Positions 27,575-37,954 of a stretch of 64,000 nucleotides of DNA are shown here, piece by piece. The stretch is from Candidatus Woesebacteria bacterium GW2011_GWA1_38_8. Lineage in GTDB: Bacteria > Patescibacteriota > Microgenomatia > UBA8517. The notes under the pieces are model-generated. The model ran no database searches. It was given only the letters and a program-made list of their open reading frames with translations, and was not told the origin of the DNA. Positions within the stretch are counted from its first letter, which is position 1; each line of letters starts with the position of its first letter. The DNA is taken from assembly GCA_000993025.1 (NCBI GenBank), contig LBVJ01000001.1, positions 29,699 through 93,698 of the forward strand, read 5' to 3'. A program made the translations under genes and the position numbers.

Positions 27575-28681
27575 ATGAATAATAAGAAAAAAATAGTTAT
27601 ATCAAATTATGATGATATTAAAAACCCCGATTATGCCGGGGGTGCTTCTGTCTCGATATTTAAATTGGCAAAACATTTGTCTCAAGAATATGATGTTTTA
27701 TTAATTACCGGTAAATACCCCGGTTCAAAGGACGAAATAGTGGACGGGGTGAATTACAAAAGAATCGGTTCATACATTATGGGTGGTAAAATCGGACATT
27801 TGTTTTATCTGCTTGCCTTACCCTTCGCATCGATAAGAAATGAATGCGACTTGTGGATCGAAAGTTTTACACCCCCATTCTCAGTTTCATTGGTACCATT
27901 GTTTCTGGGTAAAAATAAAGTTGTAGGTTTGGTACACATGTTGTCAGGAGTTGATATGAAGAGAAAATATAAACTACCCTTCAATAAAATTGAACATTTA
28001 GGTCTGAAGTTATATGAAAAATATATTGTATTAACTGAAGCATCAAGAAAAGAAATATTAAAATCAAATCCAAATGCACAAGTGTCGTTGATACCTAATG
28101 GAATTAATATCCCGTCAGAAAACAGTTTGAAAGTTAAAAAGAAATCGCAAATACTTTTTATTGGTCGTATTGAAGTAAATCAAAAAGGACTTGACCTGCT
28201 TATCAAAAGTTATAAGAAAGCTATTGATAAGATAGATGCAGAACTTGTGATTGCAGGAACAGGGATGAAAGACGAACTTCATAAGCTTGATTGTTTAATT
28301 ACCAAGTATAATTTAATAAATAAGATTAGGCTGGTGGGTCGTGTTGGCGGAAAGGCCAAAGATAAGCTTATACGTGAATCTCATATGATAATTGTACCAT
28401 CGAGATTTGAGACTTTTGGAATTACGGCGCTCGAAGCATTATCAAATAAAATTACTTTAATTTGTTTTGATATAACAGGTTTTAAATGGTTGCCTAAAAA
28501 CGTTGCATTCAAAATAATTCCATTTTCAGTTAAAGATCTTTCACAAACGATTATCGATCTTTTTAATAACCCCAGATTAAGAAATAATAAAATAGAAAAT
28601 GGTTATAGATTTTCAGCTCGTTTCGCATGGAAGGATGTCTTTTTGAAGTATGATGAAGTTATAAAAATATATATCAAATAA
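27575..28681 (+). CDS. GT4-family glycosyltransferase
   Basis: 368 aa; C-terminal IVPSRFETFGITALEALS (E-x7-E) donor-binding motif. Confidence 0.7.
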   Translation: MNNKKKIVISNYDDIKNPDYAGGASVSIFKLAKHLSQEYDVLLITGKYPGSKDEIVDGVNYKRIGSYIMGGKIGHLFYLLALPFASIRNECDLWIESFTPPFSVSLVPLFLGKNKVVGLVHMLSGVDMKRKYKLPFNKIEHLGLKLYEKYIVLTEASRKEILKSNPNAQVSLIPNGINIPSENSLKVKKKSQILFIGRIEVNQKGLDLLIKSYKKAIDKIDAELVIAGTGMKDELHKLDCLITKYNLINKIRLVGRVGGKAKDKLIRESHMIIVPSRFETFGITALEALSNKITLICFDITGFKWLPKNVAFKIIPFSVKDLSQTIIDLFNNPRLRNNKIENGYRFSARFAWKDVFLKYDEVIKIYIK

Positions 28682-28685
28682 ACAT

Positions 28686-30533
28686 ATGGATGAGATAGTA
28701 AATTATATAGTTATAAATAAAATAAAATGTTATTTTATATCCCCTCATCAGGACGATGCAATATTTTCGGCAGGGGGACTTATATCGTATCTTTCAAATA
28801 AGACGGAGGTAAAGGTCATAAACGTATTTAACGGTATCGGAAAACCACCCTATACTTTGTCCGGAAATGTATTTGTTAAAAGAAGCGGATGTAAGAGTGT
28901 CAAAGACCTGTGTGATAAAAGACACCTTGAAGATGCTTCGGTGTTTAAAGAGATGGGAGTAGATATGATTAATCTAAATTTTGATGATGCGTTGTGGAGA
29001 AAAAAACCAATTATTAAAACACACGAAAGGATTATCGGGAAAGTATTACCTGAGATATTGCACATATATCCAATTTACCGTACATCAATTGCGCATGGAC
29101 AGATTAAAAAATCGGATGAGAGTAACTTGGGAAAAATAGAAAAGGCCTTACGTAAAAACATTAAAGGCAAAAATGTGTTCGTTTTTTGTTCAGCGTCGAT
29201 TGGAGGACACGTTGATCATAAGATTGTAAGAAATATATGTGAGAGTAGCTTCAAAAACTTATATTTGTGGTCGGATTATCCTTACAACATCAGACTCGGT
29301 AATTATAAGAATTACAAAAGTATTTCGGAAAATGATTATTTTGAATTCAAATACGGTCAACCTAAAAGATTTGAAATGATCAAAAAATATATAACTCAAA
29401 AAAATGTCTTTAAAAATAACCAAATTAGAGTTACAAAGGAAATTTATTATTTCAAAGGAAAGTATGAAAATCTTATTAAAGAATCACGGGAGGGAATAAT
29501 TAACATAGAAACTAAACAGACATTAGATGAAAAACTTAAAAGTGATTGGATAGCGCTTTGGAATAGAAGCGACAACGCAAACATATCAAACTCACCTGAC
29601 TGGTTTGAAATATGCAATAAAACATATAAGTATAAGAATATCAATTTTGTATGTGCATACTGCGGTAAAGATTTGGTTGGTATCTTGCCGCTTCGGAAAG
29701 AGAAGTTTCTGTTTTTTGAACATTACACAACTATGGGTGGCAGGTATACCGACAAACTTGAGTTATTGACAGCAAGAAATTCCACAAATCTCTTGAATAA
29801 AATTATTCTGTACGCAAAAAAGCAATTTGACAACATTTCGCTTCCTGAATCTGATTTCGAAACTGCAATGTATTTGGCAAATGTATGGAATGCAAAATAC
29901 TCATGTTCTTCCGTGACTCCATATATTCCGGCAACAGACAACTATTTAGAGTTTTTATCCCGAAAACATAAAAAGGCAATGGACCATATTTTGAAAAGCC
30001 ACGGAGATAAACTGAAATTTAAAATTATTGGGGAGAAGCACCTGGATTATCTGGATCAAATTGTCCGTTTAGAAAGAAAAAGCACTAAATCAACCAAAAG
30101 AATCGGAACTATTAAATGTGCAAATGATATAAGATTTTTACGAAATATCATTTCAAAGTTTAACAAGAATATTTGTCTGGTTTTACTTTTTTACAATGGC
30201 AGGTTGGCTGCTTTTCGTATTGGGGCGGGTGTAAAGGGGGTTTATTATACATTTATGACTGCATACCGGGAATTCGCCAGGGAAGTTATTCCGGGAAGGT
30301 TGCTTCTTTATTATGTTTTAAGAAATAGACTTCGTGAAGGTATTTCGAAAGTTGACATGCTACGTGGTGATAATCAAATAAAAAGAGATTACACACCTTT
30401 CATGGAATACAGGTTTAACGTGTATCTGGGATACCGTCTATTTTCGTACAGTAATATATTATTTTGCAAATTAAAATATTTTATAGATCAGCATAGTTTT
30501 TTGTACAAAATATGTTTGTTGGTTAAACATTAA
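28686..30533 (+). CDS. Fusion of PIG-L/LmbE-like N-acetylglucosaminyl deacetylase (N-terminal) and FemAB/CelD-like (Acetyltransf_6/GNAT-fold) acyltransferase domain (C-terminal)
   Basis: 615 aa. N-terminal YFISPHQDDAIFSAGG (LmbE SPHPDDE-type zinc-binding motif) and later His-rich segment (GGHVDHKIV). The C-terminal ~330 aa resemble BioF2-like/CelD/FemAB acyltransferase domains (large GNAT-like, ends ...DMLRGDNQIKRDYTPFMEYRFNVYLG). Confidence 0.55.
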   Translation: MDEIVNYIVINKIKCYFISPHQDDAIFSAGGLISYLSNKTEVKVINVFNGIGKPPYTLSGNVFVKRSGCKSVKDLCDKRHLEDASVFKEMGVDMINLNFDDALWRKKPIIKTHERIIGKVLPEILHIYPIYRTSIAHGQIKKSDESNLGKIEKALRKNIKGKNVFVFCSASIGGHVDHKIVRNICESSFKNLYLWSDYPYNIRLGNYKNYKSISENDYFEFKYGQPKRFEMIKKYITQKNVFKNNQIRVTKEIYYFKGKYENLIKESREGIINIETKQTLDEKLKSDWIALWNRSDNANISNSPDWFEICNKTYKYKNINFVCAYCGKDLVGILPLRKEKFLFFEHYTTMGGRYTDKLELLTARNSTNLLNKIILYAKKQFDNISLPESDFETAMYLANVWNAKYSCSSVTPYIPATDNYLEFLSRKHKKAMDHILKSHGDKLKFKIIGEKHLDYLDQIVRLERKSTKSTKRIGTIKCANDIRFLRNIISKFNKNICLVLLFYNGRLAAFRIGAGVKGVYYTFMTAYREFAREVIPGRLLLYYVLRNRLREGISKVDMLRGDNQIKRDYTPFMEYRFNVYLGYRLFSYSNILFCKLKYFIDQHSFLYKICLLVKH

Positions 30534-30584
30534 AAGTATGAGAATAGGAGACTAATATAAATATCGTCATAATCATTATATGAA

Positions 30585-32120
30585 TTGGGTGTTTTCCAAA
30601 TATTTATGAAATTTTTAAGTACATTATATATATTCATAATTACCTTACTATTAATTTCACTATTAACGAAGGGTGTGCGTTCTAACATAATGCCGTCAGA
30701 TGTTTATTCTTTAAAGGATTACTCCCAACCCTTTGAACTTTCACCTGAGAGAGGAAGGTATGCTTTGACTCAATCAATTGTTGAGAATCATAGTTTGTTT
30801 CTCCCATTGGAAATTGCTGGATATGTCACACCCGATCTTGGTTATATTAATGGAAACTTTGTTTCTCTATTTGCGCCAGGAGTATCTTTTGTGGTTATAC
30901 CATTTTATTATATCGGTAAATATTTTAATGCAAACCAGCTTTTCACTTTTTGGTCTGTAGGATTGGCTGCTGTAATCAATGCGTATATCATTTCTGACAT
31001 TGTTAACCGTATTACTAAATCAGGATTTGGCTACATCGCGGGATTGTCTTTTATTTTTGCTACTTCCGCATTAGCTTACGCGACTACATTATATCAACAC
31101 CATTTTACGACACTGATTATTTTGCTAGCACTTCATATAACCATATTTTCAAATAATACAAACAATTCATTGTTAATGGGTGTCCTGTTTGGGGTAATGT
31201 TATTGATAGAATATCCGGCAGTCATATTTTTACTCCCAATTATATTGGTTTATATGTTTAGACATTATTGTTCACTTCAAAACAAAGAATCATTTAAAAT
31301 TTCGATAGATTCCAGAATAATGCTATTTATCTTATACGTATTCATAGGAATAATTCCAACTTTGATTTACAACAGTTATGTAAATACAAACCCCTTTAAA
31401 CTTTCCGGAACTGTAGAATCTGTCGAGAACATAAATATAAATAACAATGGTTCAGGTTATGAAATCATAAAAGGAGAAACTGATGAGTTTAAAAAAAGCG
31501 TTGGAGGATTTTTCAAATATGAAAACATTGCAAATAGTTGGTATATATTGCTTTTAAGTAGTGAAAGAGGAATTCTGTTTTACTCTCCACTGTATTTACT
31601 TACCATATTAATATTTAATTTGAAAAACAAAATATCAGATATCGAAAAATACCCATTTTATCTTTTAGTATCAATTAATTTTGCAGTATTATTGTTATAC
31701 GGTATGTGGGGAGATCCGTGGGGCGGTTGGGCATTCGGACCAAGATATTTAATTCCATTCTTTGCTTTTTCCTCAATATTATTGGGAATAGTGTTTAAGT
31801 ATTATGCATACAGTCATTGGTTTAAATTATCTTATTTTACACTTCTAGTTTACTCAATCTTAATAAATGTTGCTGGTGCTCTGACTACAAATGCAATTGT
31901 TCCAAGTAAAGAAGCAGAATCTGCATTGATGCCAACAATAAAATACCTATATAATTTTGAGTTGATTGGATTCGGAAAGTCGTCTTCATTTATTTACAAC
32001 ACATATTTTAGTAAGTACATTCCGCTAACCGTATTTTATATTCTTATAATTGCAATTATCGTTTTCTTGTTATTCCTCGCAAATAAGATGTCATCAGATA
32101 AAATATCTCATGAAAATTAA
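30585..32120 (+). CDS. Polytopic membrane protein, GT-C-fold glycosyltransferase-like (ArnT/PMT-like)
   Basis: 511 aa, >=11 TM helices. Conserved acidic/Arg motif in the first extracytoplasmic loop (SPERGRYALTQS), as in lipid-linked-sugar-dependent GT-C enzymes. Confidence 0.45.
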   Translation: MGVFQIFMKFLSTLYIFIITLLLISLLTKGVRSNIMPSDVYSLKDYSQPFELSPERGRYALTQSIVENHSLFLPLEIAGYVTPDLGYINGNFVSLFAPGVSFVVIPFYYIGKYFNANQLFTFWSVGLAAVINAYIISDIVNRITKSGFGYIAGLSFIFATSALAYATTLYQHHFTTLIILLALHITIFSNNTNNSLLMGVLFGVMLLIEYPAVIFLLPIILVYMFRHYCSLQNKESFKISIDSRIMLFILYVFIGIIPTLIYNSYVNTNPFKLSGTVESVENININNNGSGYEIIKGETDEFKKSVGGFFKYENIANSWYILLLSSERGILFYSPLYLLTILIFNLKNKISDIEKYPFYLLVSINFAVLLLYGMWGDPWGGWAFGPRYLIPFFAFSSILLGIVFKYYAYSHWFKLSYFTLLVYSILINVAGALTTNAIVPSKEAESALMPTIKYLYNFELIGFGKSSSFIYNTYFSKYIPLTVFYILIIAIIVFLLFLANKMSSDKISHEN

Positions 32121-34815
32121 CTTTATAAATCGCAAAGTGGTGATTTCTTTTAATGATAAATCAATAAAGAAATCATTGAATTTTTATAATAAACATGGTG
32201 TATTGGTTGTGACCATATTCACTTCAATTTTGAGTTTTATATCGATATTGGTTTCATATAAATACGATATTATCCTTGCATATAACGATTCTCGTGCCCA
32301 TATGAATATGGCAAGACTTGTGTTTGATAATTTGAAACCCGGGTTTGCCCAGTTGGGGGGGGTGTGGCTTCCCTTTCCTCATATTATGATACTTACACTT
32401 GTATGGAATGATTGGTTGTGGCAGAGCGGGATTGCTGGATCAATTTATTCAATGTCTTTTTATGTTCTTTCATCAATATATATTTTTAAGCTTCTTAGAT
32501 TTTTAATTAAAGATAAGGTAACTGTATTTATCTGCACTCTAAACTATGTTATTAACGTCAATTTATTGTACATGCAATCAACTCCAATGACTGAATTAAC
32601 GTTGATATTCTTTTTTATAACCTCTGTCTATTATTTACTTCAATGGGTAAATACTAAAAAAGTATTACATATGATTTTACTTGCATTATCGGTTTTTTTG
32701 GCAACTCTTACAAGATATGATGGATGGATGCAATTTCTAACAACATTGACTGTTTTAATTATTGTTGAATTTATGGAATTTAAGACTAATTTCAGAAAAA
32801 ATAATTTTGGTTCTATTATTAAAAGCATTTTATTGAACGCGAAGATGCGTTCAACTATCTTATTTTTTAGTGTTATGGCAGGTCTTGGAATATTGTTATG
32901 GATCCTGTGGAATTATTTGATATTTGATGACCCTATATATTTTGCAGTTGGTCCATATTCCGCAAGGGCTCAGCAATTTGCCATAGAAAGTGCTGGAAAA
33001 CTTTTTACAAAACACAATATTGCACTTTCATTATCTGCATATTGGTGGGCTGTATCCGATAACGTTGGAATAATCGTTTTGCTCACGGGTATTATAGGTT
33101 TTATATGTTTTGTAATGGAAAATCCAAATAAATACACTAAAATTGTGCTTTTAACACTTTTTTCTCCGGCTATATTTCATATTGCTTCGTTATATTTAGG
33201 AAGTTCAGTGTTGGTGTTGCCAGAAATGAATATTAATGTTGCAGAGGGATTGAAGGGAACACTTTTTAACGCAAGGTATGGATTGATAATGCTTCCCGCA
33301 GTAAGTGTTTTTATGGCATATTTTGCAAGGAGAAGCGTCTTCGCAAAGTCTATTGTATTTTTTGTTGTCATATTTACACCTCTTATGATGTTAAAGGATA
33401 ACTATATTATCACTTTGACAGATGGAAAAATGGGGTCAAGTTCACTTAGAGTGAAAGATGTTAGTGAATGGCTGAAACAGAACGCCGATGACAGTAATGA
33501 ATTAATATTGACAGCACTATCATACAATAGCGCACTTTCTTTCAGCACAGGATTTCCATTAAGCAGATTTATCCATGAAGGAACTGGAAAATATTGGGAA
33601 TCCTCTGTAGTTGATCCTGATCAATATGCGGATTGGATTGTAATGGCAAATGGAGATGTCGGGGATCCCTTGTATGACTCATTAATAAAGAAACATGATT
33701 CACAATTCTTAAGGAATTATGAATTGAAAAAACGATTTGAATTTATTGATGTCTATGTAAAAAAATATGTACCAGATGATTTTGTATATGTTAGAGATAG
33801 TGGTTTTTGGATGAATGGTGATAGATACAAGTTTCTTGGAGTAAATTCCTATGACCTAATTTTCCGCTCTCCAAATGAAGTTGCCTCGACACTGTCATCG
33901 GCAAAAAACAATGGAATTGATGTGGTCAGAGTATGGGTTTTTGGTGAAGGTAGTGAAAATTTAATACAACCTGAACCCGGAAAGTATAATTCAATACTTA
34001 TGAACAATGTGGATTATGTTTTGGCAACAGCATACAAGTTGGATATGAAAGTGATACTCGTCATGTCAAATTATTGGGAAGCATATGGGGGAATAAGACA
34101 GTATTTGCGATGGGTAGATTTACCTGACCAATCAGCTTCAGATTTAGATGCATTCTTTACCGATAGTCGAACAAAAGATATCTACAAAGACTTTATAAGG
34201 GAGATAGTTCTAAGAAAAAACAGTCTAACGGGAGAATTATACAAAAACGACCCCGCAATATTTTCTTGGGAGCTTATGAACGAACCTAGAAGTTCTTCGA
34301 CCGGAACAGCCGGAAAGGTTACTGAATGGATAGATGAAATGTCTAGTTTTATCAGAACATTGGATAAATATCACATGATTACGTCAGGCCACGAAGGACA
34401 CTTTAGTGACTTCTCAATAAACCCATATGCAACAGGTCCATTTATCGATCAGTTTGGTCATAAATCCGATTTTGATGCGTTGTCTGGACATTATTATATT
34501 GATCAATACATATCAGAAAAACCACTTTATGAATTTGAAATAATTGACAAGTGGAGCGACCATGCAAAGGAAATTGATAGGGCGTTTTTTATTGAGGAAA
34601 TCGGTTTTTCAAAAAGATCTGGGGAAAACTCTGGTTATGATAGATTGTTTCTTTATGAAAAACTTTTTGAATCGGCAAAGAAAAACGATGTACAGGGTGT
34701 TATTGTTTGGAATTGGGCTTTAAAAATTGATGATGATTTTGGTATTTCGCCACTCGATCCAAACGACGAAAAACTTATAAAGTTATTAAACTTATATTCA
34801 AAAAGTCTAAAATAA
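32110..34815 (+). CDS. Fusion: N-terminal polytopic GT-C-like membrane domain + C-terminal GH5-family (beta-mannanase/cellulase-like) glycoside hydrolase domain
   Basis: Start taken as ATG 32110 (MKINFINRK); the ORF-track start at 32050 overlaps the previous gene by 70 nt. Residues 1-480: ~12 TM with AYNDSRAHMNMARLV loop motif. Residues ~560-900: GH5 (beta/alpha)8 signatures, including the acid/base WELMNEPR (NEP) and nucleophile FFIEEIGFS motifs. Confidence 0.6.
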   Translation: MKINFINRKVVISFNDKSIKKSLNFYNKHGVLVVTIFTSILSFISILVSYKYDIILAYNDSRAHMNMARLVFDNLKPGFAQLGGVWLPFPHIMILTLVWNDWLWQSGIAGSIYSMSFYVLSSIYIFKLLRFLIKDKVTVFICTLNYVINVNLLYMQSTPMTELTLIFFFITSVYYLLQWVNTKKVLHMILLALSVFLATLTRYDGWMQFLTTLTVLIIVEFMEFKTNFRKNNFGSIIKSILLNAKMRSTILFFSVMAGLGILLWILWNYLIFDDPIYFAVGPYSARAQQFAIESAGKLFTKHNIALSLSAYWWAVSDNVGIIVLLTGIIGFICFVMENPNKYTKIVLLTLFSPAIFHIASLYLGSSVLVLPEMNINVAEGLKGTLFNARYGLIMLPAVSVFMAYFARRSVFAKSIVFFVVIFTPLMMLKDNYIITLTDGKMGSSSLRVKDVSEWLKQNADDSNELILTALSYNSALSFSTGFPLSRFIHEGTGKYWESSVVDPDQYADWIVMANGDVGDPLYDSLIKKHDSQFLRNYELKKRFEFIDVYVKKYVPDDFVYVRDSGFWMNGDRYKFLGVNSYDLIFRSPNEVASTLSSAKNNGIDVVRVWVFGEGSENLIQPEPGKYNSILMNNVDYVLATAYKLDMKVILVMSNYWEAYGGIRQYLRWVDLPDQSASDLDAFFTDSRTKDIYKDFIREIVLRKNSLTGELYKNDPAIFSWELMNEPRSSSTGTAGKVTEWIDEMSSFIRTLDKYHMITSGHEGHFSDFSINPYATGPFIDQFGHKSDFDALSGHYYIDQYISEKPLYEFEIIDKWSDHAKEIDRAFFIEEIGFSKRSGENSGYDRLFLYEKLFESAKKNDVQGVIVWNWALKIDDDFGISPLDPNDEKLIKLLNLYSKSLK

Positions 34816-34897
34816 TAGACGGGTTATTGATACGTCTGGAAGACATTGTTTACGCCTCTTCATATGGACACAGTTACGATATATAATATAGTTCCAA

Positions 34898-35845
34898 ATG
34901 AAAGTGTCACTTGTTGTTACCGTACTAAATGAAGAACCGTCGATTGCAGCACTTCTCGAGTCTATTATTTCTCAGTTAAAGAAACCTGATGAGATTGTTA
35001 TTGTCGATGGTGGTTCAACCGACAAGACTGTAAACATAATAAAAAGTTATCAAAAAATTATTAAGAATATAAAATTATATGAATTTAAGACTACAAGATC
35101 CGAAGCGAGAAATATTGGAATAGATGCATCTTCAGGCAATATTATTGTTACAACAGACGCAGGTTGCGTTGCCGAAAAACATTGGATAGAAAAGATTACA
35201 AAACCGTTTTATGAACCAAAAGTTGATATGGTTGCAGGATTTTATGAAATGATCGGCGGTAATTCTTCATTAAGGCTTGCAATGTCCGTATTTATTGGTA
35301 TAACACCTGACAAATTTGATGATAGATTTTTGGCGTCGGCTAGATCTTTGGCATTCCGAAAAGATCTTTGGGAGAAAGTAGGAGGGTTTCCTGAAGGTTT
35401 GAAAGATACCGCAGAAGATACACTTTTCAATTACAAAATTATTACAACAGGGGCGAAGATAGTACGTGTAAAAGATGCGGTTGTGTACTGGCAATTGCCG
35501 TTGACTTTGACGGAAGGGATCAAAAAAATGTATCTTTATGCCAAAGGTGATGCTTTATCCGGTATATGGTGGCATCCGGTAAAGAAATTATCGACCCACA
35601 ACATTAAGATCATCTCCGTATATTTAAGGTATGTAATTGGTATCTATATACTCCTTATGGCCACAAAATATGAATTGTTTAATTTACTGTTCGTATTGGG
35701 AATATTTTTTTATATGTTTTGGGCATTTAAGAAAGTATACTGTCGGACGAACAGTTTTAAAGCCGGTTTGTGGGGGGTAATTATACAGTTTGCTTCGGAC
35801 ATTGCCGTAATGCTCGGCTTCCTTATGGGATTGGTGTCAATATAA
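34898..35845 (+). CDS. GT2-family glycosyltransferase with C-terminal membrane helices
   Basis: SLVVTVLNEE...IVIVDGGSTDKT GT2 N-terminus; TTDAG DxD-like motif; C-terminal 3 TM. Confidence 0.7.
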   Translation: MKVSLVVTVLNEEPSIAALLESIISQLKKPDEIVIVDGGSTDKTVNIIKSYQKIIKNIKLYEFKTTRSEARNIGIDASSGNIIVTTDAGCVAEKHWIEKITKPFYEPKVDMVAGFYEMIGGNSSLRLAMSVFIGITPDKFDDRFLASARSLAFRKDLWEKVGGFPEGLKDTAEDTLFNYKIITTGAKIVRVKDAVVYWQLPLTLTEGIKKMYLYAKGDALSGIWWHPVKKLSTHNIKIISVYLRYVIGIYILLMATKYELFNLLFVLGIFFYMFWAFKKVYCRTNSFKAGLWGVIIQFASDIAVMLGFLMGLVSI

Positions 35846-35894
35846 CCTTCAGAAACATTTAAGGCATTAAGAATGATAAAATCAGATCATTGAT

Positions 35895-37112
35895 ATGGGT
35901 TACTTTGACACAAGCATGTCGGGTGTAAAATGGATTGGATCGTTTAAGATATTGAGTAGAATATTGTCACTGGTAAGAATCGCAATTCTAGCCAGAATTC
36001 TATCCCCCATTCAATTCGGAGTATTTGGAATTGCCTCTTTAGCATTATCAGTTGTTGAGACTTTGACTGAACCGGGGATTTACGTATATTTGATGCAGGA
36101 GAAAAAAAGTATCCACAAATATATTGATACGGCTTGGGTTATATCAATTCTCAGAGGTGTTTTATTGTTTACCACCCTGATTTTTTCTTCAGGCATTATA
36201 TCCGGCTTTTTTAACACACCGGAAGTGAAACATATTATAAACTTAATTGCACTGGTTGTTTTAATAAGAGGGTTCATGAATCCCTTGAGGGTCAATTTCC
36301 TGAAACAATTGGATTATAGAAAAGAATTTTCAATCAATAGTTTAGTCTTATCTGTTGATATTGTTGTCACTGTCTTATCGGTGGCACTTTTTAAAGACCC
36401 TCTTGGATTAGTTTTAGGATTGATCGCGGGTGCCATTGTGGAAGTGATTCTTTCTTTTGCTCTTATAAAATATCACCCAAAAATTAAATTTGATATTCGG
36501 TTGGCAAAAAAAATAACGTCTGCGGGAAAATGGGTTACCGGTAGCACAATTTTCAACTTTCTATTTAGCGAAGGTGATGACACCCTTGTGGGGAAGTTAT
36601 TAGGCAAATACGATCTGGGGATATATCAGATCTCATATAAAATTGCGACACTACCTCTTACAGAAATTACCAATGTGGCAAATACAGTAACATTTCCGAT
36701 ATTCGTACAGATCTCGAATGAAAAGAAACGCATTGCAAAGGTATTCATAAAAACAGCTTTGATTATTGGCTTATTGTCGTTTGTATTAAGTACTTTTATA
36801 TTTTTATTTGCTGACACAATCGTTGCGATACTACTCGGAAGTGCATGGAGTGACTCGGTAGATTTAATTAAACTACTGGTGATATTCGGATTCATTAGAG
36901 CAATCGCAATATCCTGCAACCCTCTTTTTAATGCATTAAAAAAGCAAAAATATGTTACGTTATATACCACAATCTCATTTGTACTTATGGCAATGACAAT
37001 TTTTCCATTAATGCAGAAATTTGGCCTGAGAGGTGTAATCTATTCAGTCATTATATCCTCGTCAATCTCGTTTTTAGTGAATGTAATAAATGTAATAAAA
37101 GTACTCAAATGA
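35895..37112 (+). CDS. wzx: Polysaccharide/O-unit flippase (Wzx, MOP superfamily)
   Basis: 405 aa, ~12 TM. N-terminal KWIGSFKILSRILSLVRIAILARILSPIQFGVF is typical of the Polysacc_synt family. Confidence 0.65.
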   Translation: MGYFDTSMSGVKWIGSFKILSRILSLVRIAILARILSPIQFGVFGIASLALSVVETLTEPGIYVYLMQEKKSIHKYIDTAWVISILRGVLLFTTLIFSSGIISGFFNTPEVKHIINLIALVVLIRGFMNPLRVNFLKQLDYRKEFSINSLVLSVDIVVTVLSVALFKDPLGLVLGLIAGAIVEVILSFALIKYHPKIKFDIRLAKKITSAGKWVTGSTIFNFLFSEGDDTLVGKLLGKYDLGIYQISYKIATLPLTEITNVANTVTFPIFVQISNEKKRIAKVFIKTALIIGLLSFVLSTFIFLFADTIVAILLGSAWSDSVDLIKLLVIFGFIRAIAISCNPLFNALKKQKYVTLYTTISFVLMAMTIFPLMQKFGLRGVIYSVIISSSISFLVNVINVIKVLK

Positions 37113-37954
37113 AAAGAGTTGACCCGAAATTATATACAAAAGAATATTATCTAAAAGATTGCGGTGGATATGAAGAATATCTTAACCATCGCGGAAATGA
37201 ACTTGATTCAAGATTACAAAGTGTTTTTAAAAGATTTTCGGATGTAAAAGGAAAGACTATTTTGGACATTGGTTGTGGACGTGGTGAATTGTGCGTTAAA
37301 TTCGCACGCGAAGGAGCGGTCAATGTCGTCGGTGTAGATTACTCAGCCGATGCGATAAAACTGGCTAACGAAATTAAATCTATTCAACCTGCAAAAACCA
37401 GAAATAAGATTAGATTTTACAATTATGACGCAAAAGATATCCTTCATCTTAAGAAAACATTTGATATTGTCATTATGACTGAAGTATACGAACACCTATA
37501 TCAGGAAGAGCTTGATTTTATCCTTGAAAATATTAAAAGAATTTTAAGCAAAGACGGTGTTTTATTTATTCATACATCACCCAATAAACTATTTTATGAC
37601 ATATTTTATAAGTTTTGGTGCTATCCCGTTTCTGAGATACTAATTAACATTTGGAATATATTTTCAGGAAAAAGTTATGGAAGATTAATAAAATATGAAG
37701 AACTTAGGAACCCGTATCATAATGTTATGCATGTAAATGAACCAACATACTTTGGTTTGTTAAATATTGTCCGAAAACACGGATACAAAGGTAAAATCAG
37801 AACGACCAATATTACAGCAATAAAACCGGTTTATTCCGCAAAAGATACAATATATAATTTTTTAGTATATTTTTACCCATTTAGTAAATTGTTTCCATTT
37901 AACATTATTATGGGGTGTGATTTTAATATAGTATTAAAATCAGATGAAAATTAA
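37109..37954 (+). CDS. SAM-dependent methyltransferase (Methyltransf_11/23-like)
   Basis: ILDIGCGRGEL motif I; VGVDYS motif II; 281 aa. Confidence 0.65.
   Translation: MKRVDPKLYTKEYYLKDCGGYEEYLNHRGNELDSRLQSVFKRFSDVKGKTILDIGCGRGELCVKFAREGAVNVVGVDYSADAIKLANEIKSIQPAKTRNKIRFYNYDAKDILHLKKTFDIVIMTEVYEHLYQEELDFILENIKRILSKDGVLFIHTSPNKLFYDIFYKFWCYPVSEILINIWNIFSGKSYGRLIKYEELRNPYHNVMHVNEPTYFGLLNIVRKHGYKGKIRTTNITAIKPVYSAKDTIYNFLVYFYPFSKLFPFNIIMGCDFNIVLKSDEN

Noticed and set aside
32050-32109. Upstream start (32050) for the GT-C/GH5 fusion gene
   Set aside because: It would overlap the preceding gene by 70 nt and adds an unconserved Cys/Ser-rich peptide. ATG 32110 (MKINFINRK) gives only an 11-nt overlap and a typical cytoplasmic N-terminus before TM1.
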